From: Eledone cirrhosa
Taxonomy: Eukaryota
Assembly (NCBI GenBank): GCA_964016885.1
Contig: OZ024742.1
Location: forward strand, 43,338,001 to 43,402,000
DNA: 64,000 nucleotides
Direction: 5' to 3'
The stretch's first letter is position 1; every line of letters starts with the position of its first letter. A program made the translations under genes and the position numbers. This document shows positions 45,860-56,786 of the stretch, piece after piece. The notes beneath the pieces were generated by a model that worked only from the letters and a program-made list of their open reading frames with translations, was not told the DNA's origin and searched no databases.

Positions 45860-46471
45860 ATAAACATTGTATAAACGAATTGAGAGAGAGACTGAGCATA
45901 AGAGGAATCAAATATTGTGTGCAGGAGAGGCGGATGCGTTGGTATGGACATGTGATGTGTATGAAGGATGACAGCTGCATAAAAAGGTGCAGAGCACTAG
46001 AAGTCGATGGAAACCGCAGAGTGGGGAAACCCAAGAAGACCTGGGATGAGGTGATAAAAGCCGACCCTAACTAATTGCACCTCTCAAAGGCGATGACACA
46101 CGACCGTGACCTCTGGCGTCACGCAGTAATACAGAAGACCCGACTTCCCACGGGTACAATCCGAAGCTGAAGTATATAGACAATATGCCCCCACCCCCTC
46201 CCACTGCAAAGTGGTCATGGAGGTGCCACAGCAATAAAGCACCCAGCACACACTGTAAAGTGGACGTGGAGGTGCCACGGCAAAAAAGCACCCAGCACTC
46301 ACTGTAAATGAGGTTGGTGTTAGGAAGGGCATCCAGCTGTAGAAATCAAGCCAGAATCAGTTCTCGTATGAACAAGATAAGGTCAGCCAACCGGGCACTG
46401 CCCACAACAGGACAACTCATCTAACCCATGCTAACGTGGAAGAACAGACGTAAAACGGTGACGATGATAAT
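45860..46471 (+). mobile_element. RTE LINE 3' fragment with 3'UTR
   Basis: INELRERLSIRGIK..RWYGHVM..; same family as 60192-63157. Confidence 0.88.
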
Positions 46472-46496
46472 GTATGCCCTTATTTGGACAAACCAC

Positions 46497-46588
46497 ACGC
46501 CCTGATGATACAGCCAGTTAAACACCAAGGCCTTCGGTAATCAGTCTGGAACTAGCTGTTGAAACAGCAAGAGCTCAGCTGTTGGCGT
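46497..46588 (+). ncRNA. Type I hammerhead ribozyme (canonical CUGAUGA/GAAA core)
   Basis: Stem I ACGCC/GGCGU, CUGAUGA, stem II ACAGC/GCUGU, GAAA, stem III ACAGC/GCUGU, cleavage triplet GUU. Confidence 0.75.
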
Positions 46589-46950
46589 CCCGACTCTTTA
46601 TAATATGACCATACTCTACTACCCCAAGTATCGAGTACTCTGTTGAGTAATGGTCTAACCAGTTTCAAACTGAATCCTTCCTGATTTATATATATATATA
46701 TGAATAAATGTATGAGTAAAGTTTGTTTGTGTAGATAAGTGTACAAACAAAAATAAAACTGGTAAGATTACTTACCAAAGTATTTTTCTCAACATGGTCC
46801 TTGTAGGTTACAGTAATAGTCCAATAAGAGGGATCAGAGTATAGTATCCAGGTGGAAGATCATGGAGTAAAATTATTTTTAAATGTATAGGAAAAACAAA
46901 CACTAGGCGTGAAGTATAGAAAAAAGTGAAGAATTATATCAAAAGTTTGT

Positions 46951-47067
46951 TCTTTAACATATGTTTCAATACAAGACAAGTCTACATAATGCTAGTTACA
47001 TAATAATAATATTATTATTATGCCCATTCATTAGCAATACATTAAATAATGCATTTCTTCAGAAAGA
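46951..47067 (-). ncRNA. Type I hammerhead ribozyme with long loop II and palindromic stem III
   Basis: Minus strand: UCUUU-CUGAAGA-AAUGC...GUAUU-GAAA-CAUAUG-UU-AAAGA. Confidence 0.6.
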
Positions 47068-47384
47068 TTTTGAAGTATGAGGTAAGTTTGTTGCATCTTG
47101 CAGTAAAAATATTTCTACTGCTATCTGGTGTGAATAAAAGGCAACTGGACTAAGAAGAGAGGTAGAAAAGATATAATTTGCAGGGACAGAAAGAGTGGGA
47201 AATAAGTAATAAAAAATGATAAAATAATTTTTAAAATTATCTATGAAGAAAGTAATGAAATAGAATAAAGACCCCCCCCCCCAAAAAAAAAATAAGGCAT
47301 GAAAATTTGCTTTTACATAAACACATATGTACAATATATATATATATATATATGTGTGTACATATATATATAATAATAATAAAG

Positions 47385-49265
47385 TAAAGACCTCATTAAT
47401 CGTGGTGGTGGTGGTGTAATAGTCTACGTTCGGTCAAATTTTTCAGCAATTCTTTGTGTTGATTTGAACCAATCGCAGCAAGAAGTATTTTTCTGCGATA
47501 TACGTATGACCATGTCAACACTGTTACTTGGAGTCATTTATCGTCCCCCAAAACACCATCAGGACACTCAACTTTGTGATATCCTCAGAGTTGCTGCCAG
47601 GAAAACAGCCACTTATGTTTTTATTGCAGGGGACTTCAATCACCCTGAGATTGACTGGGAATGACTTCCTTGAGCTAGTACTGGACTCGAACTGGTCCCA
47701 AGTAGTCACCTCCCCAACAAGAGGTGACAACACTTTGGACCTACTCTTCACCACTACTCCTGAAACGGTTATTAGTGTTAGGACTGAGGAACCTTTAGGT
47801 GACTCTGATCATGCTATGATCATTACCAATCTATCCCCCATAGGCAGTAACAAGAACCACAACCATCTCCAAACTGTTCACTTTGACTGGAATAGAGCAG
47901 ACTGGAACTGTTACTGCACTGAGCTGCAACGTCCAAACTGGCTTGAATTTTACGACTCTGGAGATATCAACACTGTACTACAGAACATCCTGAACTCAAT
48001 ATGGACAGCATGTGCAGCTTCGGTGCTACATAAGCAGAAAAAACATCCCAAAAGTGCAATTTGGGAGACTGCAGCACTCTGTCTTGCCAGGAAAGAATGT
48101 TGTAATGCTGAGCATGAGTACAAACTGGATAAATCAGATATCAATAGTAAAAAGCGAAATAAATCATCCAACCATCTCAAACAGGTGACAAAAAAGGCAG
48201 TGCTTCAATTTGAACAGCGCATAGCAACCGGCCCTGACAGTAAGGTATTCTGGAAGTACGTTCACTCAAAGCAGAGGCCTCACTCTCCAGTTGGTCCTCT
48301 TCGCAATCCCCACATAAGCCAGGTTACTGACGACCCTAAGGAATGCGCAGAACTCATTGCTGAATGCTATGCAGGCATTTTGACTGTTGAAGATCAGAGT
48401 GTACCGTCTCCACCACCTCTGACATCAGATTCTATTACAACTATGGAATTTACACCTGCAATGCTGCGACGTCACCTAAAAGATAAACGCAACCACGCCT
48501 CTCCTGGTCTTGATGGTGTTACGTACCTGCTTCTCAAACATGGTGGGTACTTCCTTCTGCCCCAGCTATCACGCTTCTTCCAATTCTGTCTGAACAACGG
48601 TACTACTCCAGAACAGCGGAAAACTGCCAGTGTCATTCCTCTGTTCAAAAAGGGTGACCGCACATCACCTGTGAACTATTGTCCAGTCAGTCTTACTAGC
48701 TGCATTGCCAAACTGATGGAATCCTGTGTCAGAGAAACGCTTTGGAACTTCTGGAACTCTCACAGTCTTATGCAGCCCTCACAATTTGGATTTATCCCTA
48801 ACTCCAACTCCTGTGATCAACTTATTGAGTTGCTTGAAGACATCACCCGGATCACTGATGGTGGCTCATGGGTGGATGTTGTTTACCTTGGCTTTGCTAA
48901 AGCTTTCAATTCTGTGCCACACAAAAGACTTATGGCAAAACTCTCTGCAATGGGTGTGAAGGATGATCTTTTTAACTGGTTGAAGTCCTTCATTCTCAGT
49001 CGAAGAGAGGTAGTCATGGTTCTAGGACAGCATTCCTCATCATATAAGATGTCATCTGGTGTACCACAGGGATCTGTTCTTGGCCCCCTTTTGTTTGTGG
49101 CATATGTTAATGACAGATGCCAACTTAAAGAATGCCACAGTACTGAAATATGCAAATGACATCAAGCTGTACTTTGAGATAAAAAGGACAGATCCTGAAC
49201 ACTATAGATCTTGCCTGCAATCTGACCTGGACACAATGCAAAAATGGATCTCAGACTGGCAACTG
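47385..49265 (+). mobile_element. CR1/L2-type LINE ORF2 remnant (APE + RT), frameshifted
   Basis: IYRPP, IAGDFNHPEIDW, PTRGDNTLDL, LGDSDH, SPGLDG, QFGF, SGVPQGSVLGPLLF, KYAND. Confidence 0.9.
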
Positions 49266-49654
49266 TTTTTATTTTTCATTCCATTACTGTTTTGCTGATT
49301 GTGTTTTTCTCTAATCTACTACAAACTCTTCGTGGATTGATGGGAGATGTGCAGTGTATTACCAAGCGGCTAATGTGGCTGGTAATGGTCGTCATTAGTA
49401 ACTAGTGGTACGATCGTTGGTGGTAGTTTCTATACGATCGTTACTGGCTGTTTTAGGTGTTTAAATACAAAAGTGTGTTTTAATGAGTTTATATGTATTT
49501 AAAGCGTGTAGGAGAGGTATTTAAGGCAACAACGGTTGTCTTTAGGATCTCTCTATATTGTGGATTTTCATTTATCGCGGTTGGTTCTGGAACGTATCCC
49601 CCGCGATAAACGGGGTATTACTGTACACACACACACACACACATATATATATAA

Positions 49655-49762
49655 CGAAGGAAGTGTTGTAAGGAACCAGGTGAACCATAACACACCAGGG
49701 TACTTAATACTTAGGGTAGTAGAGTGGGTAATAGGAAAAGAGTCAGAGCCCCTGACACTTTT

Positions 49763-49765
<3 letters not shown>
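49655..49765 (-). mobile_element. Short remnant homologous to the 3' end of the hammerhead-bearing element at 46.6 kb
   Basis: Reverse complement actctactaccctaagtattaagtaccctggtgtgttatggt resembles actctactaccccaagtatcgagtactctgttgagtaatggt (46613-46654); (TA)n on both sides. Confidence 0.6.
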
Positions 49766-49813
<48 letters not shown>

Positions 49814-51575
49814 GGAAAAGTAAAATATCAATTTTTTTACCAGTGGTGACCGAAAAAATTATGGATCACTTCAAATTAATTTTATTATAAAGATAATAGG
49901 ATGTACACCTTCAAGACAAAGCCAAATATCTTTTATTTCTATTGCAATTGTTTTTCTGTTTATCAGACTGAAAACCTCCAGCTGTTCTTTTGTGTAGGAA
50001 AATATTTACCAACTTGGAACAAATGTTTTTTTTTTGATAAGATTAAATACAAAAGAAGTCGATTGTAGAAAAACAGATCAGTTTATATGTTATATGGAAT
50101 TATATAATTAAATTGATATAAATTTATTGAGAGTTTATAAAGATGAAGCATTTTTTGTATTGGAAGATCAAATGTGAAGGGGAGGGGAATAGAATAAATA
50201 ATCAATAATTAACAAAGGTGGCTTAACTCTTTTGATACCAAAGTAACTAAAACCACCCTATGTTCTACAATAGAAAACTCTTTGTCTTAAGATGTTTATC
50301 ATCATCATCATCATCATAATCATTGTTTAATGTCTATCTTCCATGCTAGCATGGGTTAGACGGGAATTGTTCCACTTGAGGCAAGATTGATCGGGTGACC
50401 TTGTCTCGTTCGTATAGGACTATCTGGCAGGTTTTCTACGGCTGGATGCCCTTCCTAACACCAACCACATTTACAGTGTGGATTGGGAGCTTTTTTACCG
50501 TGTTGCTACACGACCACTTCTCATATTTCTCTATTAACCTTTCATCATAATTTTATGTAAGAACCTTTATTAAGTTATGCTCCAAACACCAACTTGAGAA
50601 TGAGAATGCTAGTTCAGCTGTGTTGGGGACATGGTGTCCTCCCCAGTGTTGGTGTCATGATGGAATGCAGTCATGGACTGAGGGATTGTATGTAAGCAAG
50701 TTGCAAGCCACTGGCACATCCTAGCACTCAGTAGAGTGCCGAAACATATGTAAGCAAAATTTGGGCCCTTGGCCCATCCAAGGTTTTAGTGGCTCAGCTG
50801 TAGTACTAACCCTGTCTGTTGATGACCCATCTAACCTTTGCTAGCAGGAAAGGCAGAATTAAACCATGATGGTGGTGGGGGCAGGGTGATAATTAGAAAA
50901 CCATAGGCACTGTTTTTTAATTAGAAATATGGTAATGAAAGGGTTAAGAATATATTTCAATAACTTGTTTGAAATGCAGAAAATACTGACCTCAGGGTTT
51001 GTAAGTTCAAATCTTATCGCTACAACCACTTTGTTTTTCTCTTGTGAAAAGCACATGATTCTGCTTATCTTCTTTACCCAAACTTAATCTAAAGCACATA
51101 ATATATATCAACATTCAGCTGTTTCATTGTATTCTCAGGTCCCAAATAATAAGTTAGGGTGGAATAAGCAGGGGGCTTAGAATAAGTGGGGGAGTTGGTA
51201 ATTTTTCAAGGTTGTCTATGTCTGTTGATTTAAAAAAAAAAAAAAATTAGTCATTTAGTTTACATTTTAAGACCTCCCAACCCACTCTGTTTATTTTATA
51301 ACGTATGGGATTTCTATTAATGTACATTTTTTTTGTCATGTATAATGTTTTCTAATGTATAAAGATAATTAATTGTCACAGGAATTCTACCGCTTACAAT
51401 AAAATTTAATAAGTGGTGGCTTAGAAAAAAATCTGAAAAATTAAGAAGCATGGGATGGGGGTGTCTGAAATGTAAAGACACTTTTCTTACTATACATATC
51501 AAGCGTAAAAGTAATATATTTTTCATTGTACTGTGTTGTTTGCTTTGTTGCTACCGTTTACTTTTTGCATATATA

Positions 51576-52501
51576 TCTATACTATGAAACTGACGGCCGT
51601 ATGTAGGTAACAAACTTTCCGCCAAATGGCTGGACCAAACAGCACCAAATTTGCACCATAAATGTAACTTTTTCCAAGTAAAAAGTGAGGGTATTTTTGT
51701 CTACTGAATTTTGATTTCACGAAAGCACAGAAGGCTTATCGTCATTGTTACTGTTCCAGGTTAGAGGACCACAGTCTTTCCAAGATCTGAGAACCATCAA
51801 TGGCCATCAATGTTCCACTTACCGTTTGGTTTGCCAGATGCGTGGTATGTTACACGATGACAGCCATTGGCACCTCACCCTGCAAGAAGCAGCAACTGCT
51901 AAAGTCCCTTCTCAGCTGCGAAAACTTTTTGCTATTATGCTGCACAACTGCGATCGTGCCGACCCTCTCGCACTGTGGAGCAACCACCATGAAAGTCTAG
52001 CTGAGGACATCCTCCACCACACACACAGACCCAATCCGAACGTAACATACGATGTCGTTCACAATGAGGCGCTCATTTGTCTTGAAAACAGTGTCCTGGA
52101 GATTGGTGGTAGGCCTCTAAGTCACTACAGCTTACCTGCTCCTGACAGGAGTGTCCAGAGGTCAATGTCTACAGAACTTCTCCGTGAGACGAGCTACGAA
52201 ATCAGTGATTCTCCCATGGTCAATTGTATGTAGGATGCTGTAGGGTTAGCTCGCCAAACAATCTCTTGATCTTTTCTCCGGAGGGCCGAACAAAAAATAT
52301 TGTATACTCTGAGGCTTTAACAATGTAATCTAAATATTTTCTGTTACTTGGAATTTCGATTATGGTTGTACAGATTATTGTTTGTTAAAAAATTTGTTCT
52401 CTGTTCAGCCTTTATTGTTGTAACTATCAATTTTCTTTAACGGACTGGCTGCTGAACTGGGGAATCCTAAAAACTATTCAAACCCAACATCAGAGCACGT
52501 T

Positions 52502-52543
<42 letters not shown>

Positions 52544-52652
52544 ACTGACCTGAGTGGGCGTGCAGTATCTTTGCACTGGAGTGTAGGGGGCATTCCTGAA
52601 AAGATAAAATGCCGGTATACGTAGCCAGGCACCAGCCGGACGAGCCAGCTAG
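51576..52652 (+). mobile_element. Non-autonomous Helitron with RepHel fragment
   Basis: A|TC 5' end (atctatactat) and CTAG|T 3' end after a GC-rich subterminal segment; ORF 51745-52233 (VRGPQSFQDLRTING..DDSHW..L.EA..PSQLRKLFAIML..C...PLALW..H.ESLAEDI) matches the Helitron RepHel linker region. Confidence 0.85.
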
Positions 52653-54083
52653 TATATATATATATATATATATATTTCAAAGGAAAGACACTGCCTATGA
52701 TTTTTAAATAATTTGGAAAATAATCAAGAATTTTGAGAGATTTAGTAATATAATAATATATTTTTAATGAAAGATTTTGATTTTTATATAATTTTGAAAA
52801 TAACTAAGAATTTGGTAAGATTAGTAATGTAACTAATTTTCTCACTATCAAGCTGGTGTTTGGAACATAACTTAACAAAGGATCTTATATAAAATTATAA
52901 TGGAAGGTTTTTTAGATAAATATTAACACTTCGAAATAAACAGCTTAATATCGTTGAACCAGGGACAGTTTCAGATATTTTGGTATATAAAGGGTTAGTT
53001 AGTAAATAAACAATTAAATATCATATCAACAGTCAGGTGTTTTATTGTACATAGAGTTGTCAGATCTTATTTATACTTTACAGAAAAACTTTTGTAAAGA
53101 TTTATCAGTTTTGACTTAATTTTGTGGCACATCTATAAATCACTGGTGTTACACTAAAGTGTTGCAACAAACAGCTGTTGAAACATTCTGTTAAGGAAAA
53201 TGGTTGTTTAACACATTAGCAGTTAAGAAGGCCAGGATTCTCTCACCTCTTTCTGTTCAAATCGGCTGTAACTAGCCACTCATACTGATGTTAAGGTATG
53301 GTTCTCAAAATAAATAATATCAAAATCTCATAGATTTGACATTATGTGAGATAAGCCTTTACCACAGAAATATAATTGTTTCTACTTTTGGCACAAGGCC
53401 AGCAATTACCTAGTACGTTACTGGTACTTTATTTTATCAACCCCGTAAGGATGAAAGGCAAAGTTAACCTCGGCGAGATTTGAGGTTAACTTTACCACAG
53501 AAATATAATAGTATGTATAGAGTAATGTAAATGCTAATGGGTTAAAGGTCCAATAAATCCATAAATAAACAAAAAAAGATAGCTAGATAATTAGAACATA
53601 GGTCAAAATGCTTTGCAGTATTTGTTACGATTCTCTGTGCTCTGAGTTCAAATTCCACCCAGATCAATTTTGCTTTTCATCCTTTTGTTGGGAATTGATA
53701 AAATAAAGGACCAGTTCCACATGGTGGATTGATGGAATTATTAGACTGACAGATGAGATGGCTTGCATTTTTTTTTTTCTGGCTCTTAACATTCTAAGTT
53801 CAAATAGTGCCATGGTCTACTTGTGTGATTGACCAAATCCAACAGTGGGTTTCATACCATCATCTGGTCTCTGAATACCTTTACGAAAGTCCACTCTATT
53901 GTAAGTACTCAGACCATGTCTCCAGTTTGGTGATACCATTATCTCTCTTTCACCAGTCAAAAGACACTGTAAAAGGTCATGTATGCTGCCATACTGTCCC
54001 TGACTAAATAGTAAACAACAACAAAAATCCACAAACCTACATATATATATATGCAAATATAGAAACATATAGATTTGTACATA

Positions 54084-56493
54084 TGTAGTGACCTACATTC
54101 CGCGGGCTCACATACATTTTCTGTGCGTGATTTGGCTCAGCTCAGCCAATCAACACCAGTAGAAGAGGATGTATCCCTATGCGCCCTGAGGGAGAAATTC
54201 CCCGCGAGGATTTGAAGAATCTCTCTCTCGCACTCTGAACTTCGAACCAGCAACACATAAACATGTGACGGTGAGATTTTGCACTTTGGCCTGCCGGCTT
54301 TCCTTGGGCCTGGCACAATGGCACATTCCCTTTTGTAACCTCATTTTATATGTAACTTCAACCATACAAATTAACAAACATTATTTGTGCTACAACAAAA
54401 ATAAACATACATTTCATCTCTAATTTCTGCTGTTGACATTATTATTATGTTACTCGTATCTCAATAACATTTATATACTATGCTGCTAAAAGTGGTGACC
54501 CTGACGTGATGAATATTTTCAGTTCAAAATATTCCTATTGAAATAAAATTAAAATTGGCAGTGTATGTATAAAAAAAATTTTACGCCACGAGGAAATTTC
54601 AAAACGGCTACCACCAAGTACTTCTCTACTACCAGCCATCAGCAGCAACACATGGCTAACTACTAACCAACACCAGGGAATGGCGATGTGGCAGCTTGTA
54701 ACTTTACCGACGCAACCACTATACCTTCTGTCTCGTTACCACAGGGACTCGAGAAATTAAGACATCAGTCTTCTCACCACTATGGCGTCAGACGTGACTG
54801 CCATATTGGTGACTCTAGGCTCTTCAACGCTCGACTTCGATTCTACAGAAGATTCATTGTGACTTTGCTTTAACAACAACAACTCTACTAGCTCCCTAGT
54901 AAGAGCGATCCCAAAAAAATTTCAAAGAAAAGAAAAGCGAACTTTTTGTTAAAAGAAAAGAAACAATTCTTTCTTTCTTCCTTTTTTTTTTTTTCAGGCA
55001 TTTATTTTGGACATTTATTTTTTAAAAACTGTATTATATGGAAATTCATTTTTTTCTATCATTGTATATATGACTGCATCATTTTCTTTATCATTGTATA
55101 TATGACTGCACCCACACATTTTCTTTGGTGTATTACATGCCTGCATATGCACACATTTCTTTGTCACCCACCAACATGTTGTTGTTCTTAGTATATGTTC
55201 TTCAAACGTAATATTCTGCAAGATCCCTTTTCACCTGGTTGAGGTGCCGTCACATGCTAGCGACTCATAGAGCTTAATTCACCTGGATTCAAACAGGCAC
55301 CGCAACACAAGAATGCTAATTGCAGCTGAACTCAAACAGTTTCGCATCTCGTTGCACACTCATCGTCCATAACAACCTCCATCTTGTTACCTTACCCGAC
55401 TCACTGGGAAAACAACAAATAGAACTGGACTTGTCAGCATTTCCACCACTTCTGTGGATTCGCCGGAATTATGGAATTTACACTGCAACTACTACCCACC
55501 TACAGATTCAACTTGCTTTTTTCTTTTCAAGCAATCAGCCATTTTTTCCTGGCTCCCTAGCACTTTCGGCAATACATCTGGGAGGCCATTTTCTCGCCTA
55601 CTCATCATCTTCTTGCCAGCACTGGTAAACTACCATAATAGCTTCATCCAAGCTACTGGTACAACACTTTCCATTAACATTTAATGCAAGAACAGCAACT
55701 TTGCCCATGTTAGACTTTATCCGTTTTCTGTTAGACCTTTGGTGGTCACGTATAAACTACAAAACAGCTAGTCATTTGACACAGCTGCTCAACACGGCCC
55801 TTAGCGCCTCATTTTTTTTCTTGTATGCATCATTCTGCTCAATTATTTTTTCACTGATGTGCTCTTTCAGCATTTTTTCCTGATGATTCAATAATCTGTA
55901 TCGTCTTACGTCTACAGGGGGAGTATTGTAATGACCTACATTCCACGGGCTCACATACATTCTCTGTGCGTGATTTGGCTCAGCTCAGCCAATCAACGCC
56001 AGTAGAAGAGGATGTATCCCTACGCGCCCTGAGGGAGAAATTCCCCGCGGGGATTTAAAGAATCTCTCTCTTGCATCCTGAACTTCGAACAAGCAACACG
56101 TACAACATGTGACGGTGAGATTTTGCACTTTGGCCTGGCACAATGGCACATTCCCTTTTGTAACCTCATTTTATGTGTAACTTCAACCATACAAGATAAC
56201 AAACATTGGCAGTATCAGTAGAGGGTCGGATGCCATGCTTTCCAGCATAGTTACGTCCCTTTACGATCTGAGTTCAAATCCCGCCGAGGTTGACTTTGCC
56301 TTTCATCCTTACGGGGTCGATAAAATAAAGTACCAGTAATGCACTGGGTAATTGGTGGCCTTGTGCCTAAAGTAGAGACAATTATTTGTGCTACAACAAA
56401 AATAAACATACATTTCATCTCTAATTTCTGCTGTTGACATCATTATTATGTTACTCGTGTCTCAATAACATTTATATACTATGCTGCTAAACA
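54084..56493 (+). mobile_element. Non-autonomous LTR retrotransposon (Gypsy-like), ~2.4 kb
   Basis: Direct repeats 54084-54491 and 55927-56493 (TG start; the 3' copy ends CA), PBS at 54493-54510, polypurine tract AGGGGGAG at 55916-55923; no long internal ORF. Confidence 0.88.
54493..54510 (+). promoter_or_regulatory. Primer binding site complementary to tRNA-Trp 3' end
   Basis: TGGTGACCCTGACGTGAT versus the tRNA-Trp PBS TGGTGACCCCGACGTGAT (1 mismatch), immediately after the 5' LTR. Confidence 0.8.
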
Positions 56494-56497
56494 TATC

Positions 56498-56531
<34 letters not shown>

Positions 56532-56723
56532 TAATCATCATAATCACCATCATCATCACTTAATGTGTATTTTCCATGCTTCCATGTATTTTCCATGAGT
56601 TGTCATGTTTTGAGACAAATCAGGTTAGGTGACAACATCATGCTTGGTTTCTATGGCTTGATGCCCTTAATAACACTAACCATGTTACAGTGTGGGCTGA
56701 GTGCTTTATATGCATATCTATAT

Positions 56724-56760
<37 letters not shown>

Positions 56761-56786
56761 AACATACATACATATACATATACATA

